A DNA stretch of 38,112 nt from Clostridia bacterium (GTDB lineage Bacteria > Bacillota > Clostridia > Acetivibrionales > JAFADI01), in NCBI GenBank assembly GCA_026418695.1, contig JAOAAU010000054.1, positions 1 through 38,112 on the forward strand, given 5' to 3'. Positions 1-10,088 of this stretch are shown piece after piece. Made by a program: the position numbers and the translations under genes. How positions within the stretch are numbered: position 1 is the stretch's first letter; every line of letters begins with the position of its first letter. Under the pieces are notes generated by a model. The model was not told the DNA's origin, ran no database searches, and worked only from the letters and a program-made list of their open reading frames with translations.

Positions 1-819
1 ATAAAAGGACATATTCTCTTTTTCTTTGATACTGTCTATGACTTCTGCAACATCACGTACACGAATTTCGGTACCATTCCGTACTGCCACAAGAATATCA
101 TTAAAATCCTTGACCTGCTTGATACTTGCATTCGTTTTAAGTGAGATCTCACGGTCTCCATTGGCAACCTTCCCTCCGGGAGCCTCTATATTATCGCTTT
201 TCAAACTATTGATCACCTGTGCTGTAGTTAGGCCGTAAGCCGCTAACCTTTCTTTATCCAGCTTGATGTGAATTTCACGTTCAACACTGCCGAAGGTATT
301 TACCGCGCCGACACCTTTGAGCGTCTGAAGCTTTTTGGTGATTACATCCTCCGTTAATTGCGAAAGCTCCAGGTTTTCAAGAGAACCGGTAACTGCAAGG
401 GAAATAATAGGATGCGCTCCTATATCATACTTCGCAATGACCGGCTCCTTGATATCCTGCGGAAGCTCTCCCCGCACACTGCTGATTTTATCTCTGACTT
501 CCTGTGCTGCCACATCCGGTGACTTATCAAGTACAAATTCAATAACGGTGGTGCTCACATTATCCTGAATAATTGATTGAATGTGTTTGACACCCGAAAT
601 CTGTCCGACGGCTTCCTCAATTTTTTTCGCAACTTTAGACTCCAGCTGGTCGGGAGATGCACCAATCTGTATAACGGTTGCTGTAACATAGGGGAAGTCC
701 GCCTGCGGCATATCATTGATATTTAACCCGGTATAGCATAGAATACCCACAACTAAAAGTGCAATAATGATAACTGTGATAAATACCGGCCGCTTCAAGC
801 TAATGTCTGCTAAAACCAT
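1..819 (-). CDS. RND-family (HAE1/AcrB-like) efflux permease, N-terminal part; the gene runs off the window start
   Basis: Minus-strand translation from the ATG at 817-819 reads MVLADISLKRPVFITVIIIALLVVGILCYTGLNINDMPQADFPYVTATVIQIGASPDQLES..., a typical RND permease N-terminus. A GGAGGAAGA SD sits 6 nt upstream, and the gene lies directly downstream of the membrane-fusion gene. Confidence 0.75.
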   Translation of the reverse strand, partial: MVLADISLKRPVFITVIIIALLVVGILCYTGLNINDMPQADFPYVTATVIQIGASPDQLESKVAKKIEEAVGQISGVKHIQSIIQDNVSTTVIEFVLDKSPDVAAQEVRDKISSVRGELPQDIKEPVIAKYDIGAHPIISLAVTGSLENLELSQLTEDVITKKLQTLKGVGAVNTFGSVEREIHIKLDKERLAAYGLTTAQVINSLKSDNIEAPGGKVANGDREISLKTNASIKQVKDFNDILVAVRNGTEIRVRDVAEVIDSIKEKENMSFY

Positions 820-831
820 CTCTTCCTCCCC

Positions 832-1989
832 CTACTCTGTTACCGAACTGATCGCATCACCGTCTTGTAACGAATTCACATTGGTACAAATCACTTTTTC
901 ATCTTTTCTCAAGCCAGTTTTGATTTCTACTGTATCCTTGAGCACTTCACCAATATCCACCTTTTTTCTAATAGCTTTTCCGTTCTCATCAACAAATACG
1001 GAATAGCTTCCTTCTTTTCCTGACAAAGCCTCTAGAGGGATGAGGACTACTTCACTTTTCCGGTCGGCAGAAACCTCAACTTTAACAAATATTCCAGGCT
1101 TTAACCGGCCGTCTTTATTTTCGATCCGAACCTTGCATTGGAATGATCTGGCGTTTGGATCTGCTGACAGATCGATACTTTTTACAACACCCTCATATAC
1201 ACTTTGGTCACTTTCCGTAAGCTTAACCAATGCCTTTTGCCCCACTTTTACACTGCGTATGCTGTCCTGCTCTACCTGAATCACTGCATCCAGGGGAGAA
1301 ATCACCTTCACCTTTCCTAAAACCGCTCCCGGTGATACAAGCTGCCCGATGTTTACATTCTTTTCGTCAATTACACCATTCATTGGCGCTTTAATCACCA
1401 TATTCGACAGTGAATTGCTGATGTTGTCAATATTCACCTGTGCTGCTTCATGATTTGCTTTCACTGCTTCCACATCCGCTTTTGCCATTTTCAGAGAAGA
1501 ATCTGCAGCCTCAAAGTTTGCTTTGGACGTCCCTCCCTGGTCATATAGCTCTTTCAACCGGTTATTGTTCAGCTGGCTGGCTTCAAGATTTGCAGCCAGT
1601 TTTTGCAGGCTTGCCCCGATTGCTTTTTTTTGACTTTCTGCCGATCTTAATTGGTTCTGAATGTCCTGTGCATCCAGAATAATTAAGTCCTCCCCCGCCG
1701 AAACAGATTTGCCGTTTTCAAAGAGGATCTTTGACACCTTTCCTCCGACTTTAGCACTTACAATCCCTTCTTCCGAAGGTTTCAAGGTAGCTTTGAAGGC
1801 CAGTACAGAAGCCTTTTCTGTGGCTTTTACAGGCTGTACTTTAACCGAGACCTTTCTTTCCGGCGCTGAAGAAGTTGTTTTTTCTTTTTGCTTTTCAAGG
1901 GAAAATCCCTTGCTGCTAAAAAAGAAAACGCATCCTCCCAGAACAATTAAAACAATGATTGATAAAACTACTCTTTTTCCAATTTTCAT
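832..1989 (-). CDS. efflux RND transporter periplasmic adaptor (membrane fusion protein, HlyD family)
   Basis: The ORF has a lipobox-type signal (MKIGKRVVLSIIVLIVLGGC) followed by coiled-coil and beta-barrel MFP regions. Start is assigned at MKIGKR because an AGGAG SD sits 8 nt upstream of it. Confidence 0.8.
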   Translation of the reverse strand: MKIGKRVVLSIIVLIVLGGCVFFFSSKGFSLEKQKEKTTSSAPERKVSVKVQPVKATEKASVLAFKATLKPSEEGIVSAKVGGKVSKILFENGKSVSAGEDLIILDAQDIQNQLRSAESQKKAIGASLQKLAANLEASQLNNNRLKELYDQGGTSKANFEAADSSLKMAKADVEAVKANHEAAQVNIDNISNSLSNMVIKAPMNGVIDEKNVNIGQLVSPGAVLGKVKVISPLDAVIQVEQDSIRSVKVGQKALVKLTESDQSVYEGVVKSIDLSADPNARSFQCKVRIENKDGRLKPGIFVKVEVSADRKSEVVLIPLEALSGKEGSYSVFVDENGKAIRKKVDIGEVLKDTVEIKTGLRKDEKVICTNVNSLQDGDAISSVTE

Positions 1990-2041
1990 AAATAATACTC
2001 CTGTCATACTTTCTCTGTCATTAACATCCTAATGGACCCCA

Positions 2042-2467
2042 TTATCGTACACCTGAAAAGAACCCGTGGATCCTGTGCAAGCCCGACCCCAAGGTCATCA
2101 TGGGACAAGCCACTGCCGTTTCGATGCCCATTTTCCTGCACTGATCCAACGTAGAAGGGTGAACCGTTTTGGAACTGTGAAATAGTATTCTTCGAACCCC
2201 GTTTTCAGCCAACTGCTGAATGATTGCCTCCGCATTGTCCGCATTGATTAGAAGATATGCACACTTTGGAATCTTCGGCAGTTCGGCCGGTCTTTTGTAA
2301 ACCTTGATATCAAAGCGGACATTTTCCTTTCTGTTCAAAGGGTATACCTTGATGCCCTTATTGGTAAAAGCATTAAAAATTTCTTTGCTCAATCTGATAT
2401 CCCTGGAGGAATACCCTACGAAAAGTACCTCATTGTTTATGAAAAACTCTTTGCCTAATTTTTGCAT
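2042..2467 (-). CDS. CoA-binding domain protein (YccU-like)
   Basis: A ~141 aa product with the CoA_binding_2-type motif (VLFVGYSSR...GIKVYPLN). Start is set at MQKLGKEF, which has a GAAAGGA SD. Confidence 0.6.
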   Translation of the reverse strand: MQKLGKEFFINNEVLFVGYSSRDIRLSKEIFNAFTNKGIKVYPLNRKENVRFDIKVYKRPAELPKIPKCAYLLINADNAEAIIQQLAENGVRRILFHSSKTVHPSTLDQCRKMGIETAVACPMMTLGSGLHRIHGFFSGVR

Positions 2468-2526
2468 TATAATACGTCCTTTCATTTTTTATTTGCGAAT
2501 AAGCCGCTCGCTTTTCATGTAAAAAA

Positions 2527-3168
2527 TTAATACCCAACTGTAAAACGCTGACGAATGAATTGAGGATGCTCAATCTCATCCAGTATGGCAATTGCCAAAT
2601 CTCCGACTGAAATCCTGTTTTCACCCTTTTCATCCACAACGGGGTGGTCCTTACCGAGCCTGAACTTTCCGGTTTTAGTTTCATTGGTTAAGTTAAGCGC
2701 AGGGCTAATGAAAGACCAGTTCAGTTCCTTTTCCTCTTTTAGTTCTTCCAATAGCTCCAGAGGGCTCTGCACAGCGAGTTTGAATTTATCCGGGATACCC
2801 ACATCATATACTCTTTCACCAGTGGGTAAAATCAGGCTTGCCGCACCACCGACTACCAATAGCCGTTTCACATTTGCTTTTTTAGCTGTTTGCAGGATAG
2901 ATGCATACCCTCGTTTATAATCCATATAAAGATTTGGATTCCTCCAACCGGAATTGAACGCACTGATGACTGCATCCTGTCCTTCCAGTACAAGCTTTAG
3001 TGCATTACTGTCATATACGTCCATTTCAGCAGGAATAAGTCCTTTCCCTTGCACAGTTATTTTTCCGGTGTGCCGGCTGATTGCCGTAACCTCATGCCCC
3101 CTGTTTAGGGCTTCTTCAAGTACTCTAGACCCTATAAAACCAGTAGCTCCTATGAGCGCAATTTTCAT
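2527..3168 (-). CDS. NAD(P)H-binding oxidoreductase (NmrA/atypical SDR-like)
   Basis: N-terminal MKIALIGATGFIGSRV Rossmann motif and an AGGAGG SD at 7 nt spacing. It is divergently paired with an HxlR regulator. Confidence 0.8.
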   Translation of the reverse strand: MKIALIGATGFIGSRVLEEALNRGHEVTAISRHTGKITVQGKGLIPAEMDVYDSNALKLVLEGQDAVISAFNSGWRNPNLYMDYKRGYASILQTAKKANVKRLLVVGGAASLILPTGERVYDVGIPDKFKLAVQSPLELLEELKEEKELNWSFISPALNLTNETKTGKFRLGKDHPVVDEKGENRISVGDLAIAILDEIEHPQFIRQRFTVGY

Positions 3169-3322
3169 TGTAACCCCTCCTTGTATAACGCTTCATGGTC
3201 CTCCGTTGATTTTTCTATTTTTTACAAGTATAATAGTAAAACAGCTGAATACATCTAACAAGTACGCACATTTACATGACATAGTCACATCAATATGACT
3301 ATTGTGAAAGGAGGATATTTAT

Positions 3323-3733
3323 TTGGATGACTATTCCAAACTCTGTCCTGTAACCGTAACCCAGAATGTCCTCATGGGAAAATGGAAGCTGTCCATTTTA
3401 TGGATGCTGCATAAAAAGACAAGACGGTTCAATGAAATTCAAAGGCTTATGCCGTCAATCTCACGCGGTGTTTTGACAAATCAGCTGCGCGAACTGGAAA
3501 ATGATAAGCTTATTTTGCGGAAGGTATACAATCAAGTGCCTCCAAAGGTAGAATATTCCTTGACACAGACCGGCGAAAGTTTTATTCCGATCATGATGCA
3601 TATTATTGAGTGGGGTATCGGCTATGTCAAGGAAATAGCCAATTGTGATTTTGAAGTTTGCAAAGCAAATAAATTTCCCTGCAACAAATGTCATGAAATG
3701 TATAAACCGGAAGAACCCCAATTGAATACATAA
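3323..3733 (+). CDS. HxlR-family (winged-helix) transcriptional regulator
   Basis: The CPV...LMGKWKLSILWML...RRFNEI...P.ISRGVLTNQLRELE signature is diagnostic of the HxlR/DUF24 family. It is divergent from the oxidoreductase, which is the usual arrangement. Confidence 0.8.
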   Translation: MDDYSKLCPVTVTQNVLMGKWKLSILWMLHKKTRRFNEIQRLMPSISRGVLTNQLRELENDKLILRKVYNQVPPKVEYSLTQTGESFIPIMMHIIEWGIGYVKEIANCDFEVCKANKFPCNKCHEMYKPEEPQLNT

Positions 3734-3859
3734 TTTGAAATAGGATAGAAGACGCAGTAAAGGAAAGGGAACATGAAGTGGCGTCCCTTTCCTTTAAAAT
3801 TGAAAACTCGTTTGATAGAATATAAGGATCTCTTGCTGTGGAGGCATGCGTTCCATCAA

Positions 3860-4735
3860 TTATTTTATTGGAAAATAGATATCAATTTCCGATTGATTAT
3901 TATCCGGGCCAAGAAAACGTTCATCATACCGCTCATAATCATCTCTCATGTCCATCTCGTACCCTGAACAGGAAATCCAGGTCCCCCAGATATAATCATA
4001 GGTTAGGTTTAACGTCTTCAAGCTGCCCTTATGCGTAAATACTGCGTATTTTCCACCCTTTAGCAATTTAGTCTCCATACCGCCAGGAATATCTTTAAAG
4101 TCTAGAACTTCAATCCCCACAAACTCGCAATACTGGGTGTTTTCACTGAAAAACAACATATCAAAAGCAGGGTCTACTTCGCATATCCCATATCCCCTAA
4201 AATTCGGAACGCGGTTTTTGATCTCCGATACCTTGAGGTTAAATTTCTCCCACAACTGAGGTATCATGTTCTGCTTGAGGGTAGTACTTCCGCGGATTCC
4301 TACGATCTTAACGTCCTTTGTTTCAACAATTTGAGGAACTATAGTAATGCCGTTTTTAAGGTGCATCAGACTAGAGAAGGTTAGCGGTTTCCTATTCCCA
4401 AGAATAATATCCATTCTACTTTTTCTAAAAGCTCCGGGACTTTTATGGTAAACTTTCTTAAATGCTCTTGAAAAAGCCTCCTGAGATTCAAATCGGTACT
4501 CAACAGCAATATCAATAATTCTTTTATTGGTATAACTCAGGTCATATGCAGCCTGTGCAAGGCGTCGCGAGCGTAGGTAGTTGCCGACGGGCTCTCCCAC
4601 CAAGGCCTCAAAAATCCTGTGAAAGTGGAAATAGGAGTACCCGGCATAGCGAGCGATCTCCTCAACCTTTAAATCTTCTTTCAAATTGTTTTCAATAAAG
4701 ATGACTGCCTTTTCCAATTGACTGAGGTAATTCAT
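3860..4735 (-). CDS. AraC-family transcriptional regulator with C-terminal GyrI-like effector-binding domain
   Basis: N-terminal AraC HTH (IEEIARYAGYSYFHFHRIFEAL...SRRLAQAAYDL...AFSRAFKKVYHKSPGAFRK) and a C-terminal GyrI-like domain. Confidence 0.8.
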   Translation of the reverse strand: MNYLSQLEKAVIFIENNLKEDLKVEEIARYAGYSYFHFHRIFEALVGEPVGNYLRSRRLAQAAYDLSYTNKRIIDIAVEYRFESQEAFSRAFKKVYHKSPGAFRKSRMDIILGNRKPLTFSSLMHLKNGITIVPQIVETKDVKIVGIRGSTTLKQNMIPQLWEKFNLKVSEIKNRVPNFRGYGICEVDPAFDMLFFSENTQYCEFVGIEVLDFKDIPGGMETKLLKGGKYAVFTHKGSLKTLNLTYDYIWGTWISCSGYEMDMRDDYERYDERFLGPDNNQSEIDIYFPIK

Positions 4736-4743
4736 TGCCCCCC

Positions 4744-5856
4744 CTATATCATTTCCATGATTTCCTTCCCCATGGTCCCTTTTCTAAGTGTAACCGGGTA
4801 TATCCCCTGTAATATTTCGCCATTTACCTTTATATTATACCATGGATTAATATCTGGCGAACCAAAACACAGTTTTGCCGTGCATTCATTACTATCAAAT
4901 ACAATTGATCTCAACGTACCAAAAAATTCATCGTAATAATCGAAACATAACCCTTCTGGATAATGTGTAGTGAGTAATTCTTTAATGTCTTCCTCTGAAA
5001 CTTTGTCTTTTGATGAAAGCTTTTTGTCAATTAGCTCATATCTAAGAACAGAGTGCTTGAGTTTTTTTTCTTCCAGCTGTGTTAATTCAGGAAGACACAC
5101 ATGATTCGTTGAAAATATGTATTGCTCCTCTGTGCTGCTATTGATTTCTTTAATTGCTTTTCTTCCGTCGAAAGTTTCAATCAGTACCGCCTTCCCAGTC
5201 CGATCTGCAGCCATCAGGTTTATATTGAATGCAATAGGCATATCTCTTATAAAGCGGATTGTTTCATCACAATCCGCGCAGTTCTCCAAAACGGAACGTA
5301 TGACAGCCCAGAAGTTTAAGCCCTCGATTGCCGGCTTCCGAAATGCAGGATTCATATTACTCACCGGCAAACCAGCGGAGGTTTGGCTTACTGCAAGTCC
5401 ACACTCATTCATTCCATCTCCCCGTCCAAAAAGCACGGCGGATGAGGATAGGTGTGCATATCTTCCAGTTACCCTTGTTGTCGTAATTGTCATATCATCA
5501 AGTTTCTCACTGAAATCATAGTTCCTCGCCAGTATTGTATGCCCATTCTCAGATTTTGAAGGAAGAATTGCCATTTGGCTGCAGCCAGGCCTCAAAAATG
5601 TCAATGCATAATATAAAACTTGTCCCTTATCAACTTTGAATACGTCACTAAATCCTTCAATTTCTTCATTCAACCCAGGACAAAATTGGTTAAACAACTT
5701 TATTATCTTTTCCCCTTCCGTTTGTGAAAAGGATGCCTGAGGTAAGATATGCGCCTCCTTAAATCCCGGTGAATTACTTACCATTTGCCCAAGCGTTTGT
5801 CCGATGTGATAATTGTCTCCTTCCAGCATTAAATGATACGCATTTGTATTCAGCAT
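4744..5856 (-). CDS. C45-family Ntn-hydrolase (acyl-CoA:6-APA acyltransferase / choloylglycine-hydrolase-like)
   Basis: A 370 aa product with an ARNYDF motif and an internal GMNECGLA site that is a candidate autoproteolytic Cys nucleophile. Family assignment is by motif only. Confidence 0.5.
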   Translation of the reverse strand: MLNTNAYHLMLEGDNYHIGQTLGQMVSNSPGFKEAHILPQASFSQTEGEKIIKLFNQFCPGLNEEIEGFSDVFKVDKGQVLYYALTFLRPGCSQMAILPSKSENGHTILARNYDFSEKLDDMTITTTRVTGRYAHLSSSAVLFGRGDGMNECGLAVSQTSAGLPVSNMNPAFRKPAIEGLNFWAVIRSVLENCADCDETIRFIRDMPIAFNINLMAADRTGKAVLIETFDGRKAIKEINSSTEEQYIFSTNHVCLPELTQLEEKKLKHSVLRYELIDKKLSSKDKVSEEDIKELLTTHYPEGLCFDYYDEFFGTLRSIVFDSNECTAKLCFGSPDINPWYNIKVNGEILQGIYPVTLRKGTMGKEIMEMI

Positions 5857-5911
5857 AGTGAGTTGCCTCCTTGTGTTTTATATAGAAATTTTACATGCAC
5901 AAATAAAGTAG

Positions 5912-5930
5912 ATTTTGATATTTTCTGCTA
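5912..5930. repeat. 19-nt motif ATTTTGATATTTTCTGCTA, copy 1, in the promoter region of the C45 hydrolase gene
   Basis: An exact 19/19 match to the copy at 8350-8368 (see the second copy below). Confidence 0.6.
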
Positions 5931-6008
5931 CTTTTTTGTTTTCCTTGATTGATCTCTTATGTTTTTGGGATAAAAATTATATTAATTTATAGACATAAAA
6001 ACTTGTTT

Positions 6009-8279
6009 CTAGCATAAGCACGCACTTGCGTCAAGATCTTTTCTCAAGTATTCCGCTGTTATTCCGGTTCCTTTTTGTACCATCTCCAGCGGAGTTCCTT
6101 CGAAGATAATCTGTCCCCCGTTTTTTCCTCCGTCAGGTCCTATATCAATAATCCAATCTGCCTGCTTTACTACATCAAGGTTATGCTCTATAACGAGGAT
6201 GGTATTGCCACTGTCCACCATTGAGTGAAAAAGCTTGACTAATTTTTCTATATCCGATAAATGTAGTCCTGTAGTCGGCTCATCCAAAACAAAAATACTC
6301 CCCTTGTTGTTTAGATGTTTTGCAAGCTTGATTCTTTGCCGTTCTCCCCCGGAAAGGGTGCTCAGAGGCTGTCCCAATGTCATGTATCCGATTCCAACCT
6401 TTTGAAGCGCTTCTAATTCATAAATAATTTTTGTCTCTTCAAAGAATTCCATCGCATCGGTTACATTCATTTCCAAGACCTCTTGAATGTTTTTTCCTTT
6501 ATACCTATGCGATAAGCTCTCATCGCTGAATCGCTTCCCTTCACACATTTCACAAACAGTTGTCACCGGATCCATAAATGCCATCTCAGTAACAATGACC
6601 CCCTTCCCACTGCACATAGGGCAGGCCCCCTTTGAGTTAAAGCTGAAATACCCGATATCTACACCATTCTCCCTGGCAAATAAATTCCGTATATCATCCA
6701 TAAACCCAAGATAGGAAGCAGGTGTGGATCGGTTGTTGGCTGTGATAGCGCCCTGGTCTACCCTGACTACATCCGGGCAATGATTTGAAAACACCCTGGA
6801 TATCAGTGTGCTCTTGCCTGACCCAGCCACACCGGTTATGACAGTAAATATTCCTAAAGGTATATCCACATTGATATTTTTCAGATTATGAAGGTTTGCA
6901 TTCCTGATCGGATAATAACTTTTCGCTTTTCTGGGACTGCCGTTCACCGGAAAATGATGTTTCAGATACCGGCCAGTGAGTGTATCGCTTTTCAGCATGT
7001 CCCCATAACTGCCCTGAAAGCAAACGCGTCCCCCCTTTGATCCTGCTTGAGGACCAATATCAATAATTTCGTCACCGATTCGGATTACATCCTTATCGTG
7101 TTCAACAATCATCACGGTATTTCCTTTTTCACGCAGGCTTAGCAGCAGCTGATTCAGCCTGTTTACATCTCTGGGGTGCAAGCCGGTACTGGGTTCATCA
7201 AAAATATAGGTCATTCCGGTCAGACTGCTTCCCATAAAGCGTACCATTTTCAAGCGCTGTGCTTCTCCTCCCGACAGGGTTGAAGCTTCACGGTTCAAAT
7301 GAAGGTAGGGCAATCCGATGTTGATGATTCTGTTAAGTCCATTGACCAGTGAATCAATGATGGTTTGTACATGCGGAGCAGTGATTTTCTTGAGTTCTTC
7401 CACCAGGTCATTCAACTCCATGTTGGAAAGTTCAACGATGTTTTTTCCATTTATTTTTGAATTCAATGCTTTTTCATTCAACCTCATTCCATGGCAATCC
7501 GGACATTTCACTTCTGTTAAAAGAGATGCCATTTTATCCTTGCTGTGTTGGCTCATACCGCTCAAGTCGCGCTTCAGATACAATCTGGTCAATCTGCTGG
7601 CAACACCTTCAATCTTAGGATCTACAGGTTCGGAAACACCATCCGGCGAACCATAAAGCAGCAGGTTTAATTCACATTCATTGTATTCTTTGATTGGTTT
7701 ATCCATATTAAACAAACCTGAATTTGCATACTGCAGCCATAACCATTTGTTTACAGTGAAAGTAGATTCCAGGATCGCTCCCTGATTTAAGGATTTAGAC
7801 CAATCAATAATCAGGTTCAGATCAATACTGGTAATTCTCCCCAAACCGGAACAACGCTTGCACATTCCGTCCGGTTCATTAAAGGAATATGCGGATGAAC
7901 TTCCTGCGCATGGCTCGCCCAATCTTGAAAAAAGCAGGCGCAGCTCGGAATACAGGTCCGTCATTGTTCCCACCGTTGAACGGGCATTCCCTCCGAATGG
8001 CGACTGGTCCACGACGACAGAAGGTGTTAGATTTTGTATGGATTCAGCTTTTGGTTTTTCATATTTGGGAAGTCTGCCCCGGATAAATGCCGTATAGGTT
8101 TCATTCAGTTGTCTTTGAGATTCGGCCGCAATCGTATCAAAAACAATACTTGATTTTCCGGATCCGGATACTCCTGTAAAGACAACAATTTTCCCCTTGG
8201 GAATATCAAGGGATATCCGTTTCAGATTATTTTCCTCCAGACCTCTGATCATTATTTTATAGTCAACATTGTTTTCCAT
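6009..8279 (-). CDS. truncated UvrA paralog (class II UvrA / UvrA2-like ABC ATPase lacking the UvrB-binding domain)
   Basis: At 756 aa it is shorter than canonical UvrA (~940 aa). It has two ABC ATPase modules (GVSGSGKSS, GVAGSGKST), Zn-finger Cys pairs, and signature LSGGE motifs. Confidence 0.8.
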   Translation of the reverse strand: MENNVDYKIMIRGLEENNLKRISLDIPKGKIVVFTGVSGSGKSSIVFDTIAAESQRQLNETYTAFIRGRLPKYEKPKAESIQNLTPSVVVDQSPFGGNARSTVGTMTDLYSELRLLFSRLGEPCAGSSSAYSFNEPDGMCKRCSGLGRITSIDLNLIIDWSKSLNQGAILESTFTVNKWLWLQYANSGLFNMDKPIKEYNECELNLLLYGSPDGVSEPVDPKIEGVASRLTRLYLKRDLSGMSQHSKDKMASLLTEVKCPDCHGMRLNEKALNSKINGKNIVELSNMELNDLVEELKKITAPHVQTIIDSLVNGLNRIINIGLPYLHLNREASTLSGGEAQRLKMVRFMGSSLTGMTYIFDEPSTGLHPRDVNRLNQLLLSLREKGNTVMIVEHDKDVIRIGDEIIDIGPQAGSKGGRVCFQGSYGDMLKSDTLTGRYLKHHFPVNGSPRKAKSYYPIRNANLHNLKNINVDIPLGIFTVITGVAGSGKSTLISRVFSNHCPDVVRVDQGAITANNRSTPASYLGFMDDIRNLFARENGVDIGYFSFNSKGACPMCSGKGVIVTEMAFMDPVTTVCEMCEGKRFSDESLSHRYKGKNIQEVLEMNVTDAMEFFEETKIIYELEALQKVGIGYMTLGQPLSTLSGGERQRIKLAKHLNNKGSIFVLDEPTTGLHLSDIEKLVKLFHSMVDSGNTILVIEHNLDVVKQADWIIDIGPDGGKNGGQIIFEGTPLEMVQKGTGITAEYLRKDLDASACLC

Positions 8280-8349
8280 TATTCAGCACTCCCATCTTAA
8301 ATTCACTTTTAAGCCTCATCAAGAAATTGTAGATCAATTCCTAAGGGAA

Positions 8350-8368
8350 ATTTTGATATTTTCTGCTA
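8350..8368. repeat. 19-nt motif ATTTTGATATTTTCTGCTA, copy 2, about 70 nt upstream of the uvrA-paralog start
   Basis: An exact repeat of 5912-5930. Both copies lie upstream of minus-strand gene starts. Confidence 0.6.
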
Positions 8369-8378
8369 TATTTGGTTA

Positions 8379-8427
8379 TAAAAAAATGAAAAATGAAAAA
8401 GCAGAAGCTATTTAAACAACTTCTGCT
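8379..8427 (-). terminator. rho-independent terminator after the SPL-like radical SAM gene
   Basis: An 8-bp perfect stem AGCAGAAG/CTTCTGCT with a 12-nt loop. On the minus strand it is followed by TTTTTCATTTTTCATTTTTTT. Confidence 0.6.
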
Positions 8428-8482
8428 CATCATTTGAAAGCCAATAATCTCGATTATAGAACTGTTCCAATCTCCTGATGGA

Positions 8483-9376
8483 CTAATCCATCCCCAAGTG
8501 CTCCAGTCCGGGCAGCATTAACTGCTCGTGCTGATTTTTCTCTTCAAATTCATGGAGATATTTGAAGCATTCATTAACATCACATAATATCCCATGGGAT
8601 TTACACGTGCTTTTCATCAACCTCATCAAACGGTCATTGTCGGAGCTGTGCAGCTGATATGAATTCCCATACCTTGCAATATATCGAGCCTTCATTCCCG
8701 GAAAATGTTCATCCAGCTTTTTATAGAAATATTCCCGGTTTCCTTCTCTTAAGGTTAAGCCTATGCCAAAACAAATAATGCCATGTACCTTTGCCTCAAT
8801 ACAATACTCCAGAAGTCCCCGGATGTTTTCCTCCGTATCATTGATAAACGGTAAAAAAGGACATAACCAGACTATCGCAGGAATTCCGTTATCCCGCATG
8901 GTCTTCAGCACCTCAAACCGCTCTCTTGTAGTGCTCACACTGGGTTCTATGATTTTGCACAGTGCTTCATCGTACGTAGTAAGGGTCATCTGCACCACAC
9001 ACTTTGCCTTCTCATTGATTTTTTTCAGTAAATCCAGGTCCCTCAGAATTCTTGCAGACTTGGTCTGGATAGCCAGCCCAAATCCGTAGGAATAGATAAG
9101 TTCCATGCACTTTCTGGTATTCCCCAGTTTTTCATCCAAATGAATATATGGATCACTCATTGCCCCCGTACCGATCATGCACTTCTTCCTTCTTCTGCGC
9201 AGGGCGTCCTCCAAAACTTTGGGTGCATTCACCTTTACCTCGATATCCTCGAAATCATGATGCATCTGATAACACTTGCTTCTTGAATCACAATAAATGC
9301 AGCCATGGGTGCAGCCGCGGTATATATTGATCCCATTCTGAGCTGATAAGATGCCTTTTACGTCTGTTTCATGCAT
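8483..9376 (-). CDS. radical SAM protein, SPL (spore photoproduct lyase)-like DNA repair family
   Basis: CTHGCIYC (CxxxCxxC) radical-SAM cluster motif near the N-terminus. Start is set at MHETDV, which has an AGAGGG SD. The 25-codon upstream extension in the ORF track has no SD. Confidence 0.65.
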   Translation of the reverse strand: MHETDVKGILSAQNGINIYRGCTHGCIYCDSRSKCYQMHHDFEDIEVKVNAPKVLEDALRRRRKKCMIGTGAMSDPYIHLDEKLGNTRKCMELIYSYGFGLAIQTKSARILRDLDLLKKINEKAKCVVQMTLTTYDEALCKIIEPSVSTTRERFEVLKTMRDNGIPAIVWLCPFLPFINDTEENIRGLLEYCIEAKVHGIICFGIGLTLREGNREYFYKKLDEHFPGMKARYIARYGNSYQLHSSDNDRLMRLMKSTCKSHGILCDVNECFKYLHEFEEKNQHEQLMLPGLEHLGMD

Positions 9377-9471
9377 GATGTTGCCCTCTTTGCATTTAAT
9401 TGGTATTACAAGGATAATTATATACCATGAACTCTGACAACAATATGTCATATTTATTTGTAAAAATCACT

Positions 9472-9519
9472 TTTTAAGCAAAAAGAAAAGCAAATGGCTT
9501 TTTTATAATAGCCATTTGC
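9472..9519 (-). terminator. rho-independent terminator downstream of the Cho-like, tag, small-membrane-protein transcription unit
   Basis: A perfect 10-bp stem GCAAATGGCT/AGCCATTTGC with a 10-nt loop. On the minus strand it is followed by TTTTCTTTTTGCTT. Confidence 0.6.
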
Positions 9520-9699
9520 CTAAGCATCGGAGGATTCAAGTATTGTGTACTGTCACTTTCATATTATACCTACCACTTTTTGGATATTCAAAACAAATAA
9601 ATTTACATTTAAAACCAATTCGTTCTTATGTAATGTATTTTTTTATTTCAGAGTATTTTTTATACTTCCTTGTACTGAAGAGGCATCAAAACTTCAGAC

Positions 9700-9921
9700 T
9701 CATTTCATTTCTTCTTTCCTGGGTTCAAAAAAAGACAAAACGAGGGATACACAGCATAATGCAATAGCGCTGTAAATGAAGGCCCTGTTATTCGTTACGG
9801 GACAGACACCGGAAGGGAGATTCCTTCCAAGTATATAGATGTTTATGAGTGCGTATCCCCCAATCATTGCTCCTAATATTAATGTTCCATAGCTTAAGTA
9901 AGAAATTATCCTGTTTTTCAT
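9700..9921 (-). CDS. small hydrophobic membrane protein (two predicted TM helices), hypothetical
   Basis: A 73 aa ORF with two hydrophobic segments. It sits between tag and the terminator on the same strand. Confidence 0.35.
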   Translation of the reverse strand: MKNRIISYLSYGTLILGAMIGGYALINIYILGRNLPSGVCPVTNNRAFIYSAIALCCVSLVLSFFEPRKEEMK

Positions 9922-10088
9922 CGATGATGGTCACCTTTCCAGATCCAAATTTCATTTGCAATACTCACCTTTCTTCACTAACGGGCATAGAATAAACTGG
10001 AGGTGAGCACAATGTCCCAGGTCACTATTATACAATCCAGTCAAAACAACTCTGTTGCGTTTTTAGGATATCTTGTATTGGCATTAGG

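Noticed and set aside
7318-7656. Plus-strand ORFs embedded antisense in long minus-strand genes. Examples: 6487-6714, 7318-7656, 7858-8097, 18318-18971, 21729-22466, 27235-27549 and 27811-28161.
   Set aside because: These are shadow ORFs opposite well-supported genes with clear family motifs. They have no SD and no independent support.
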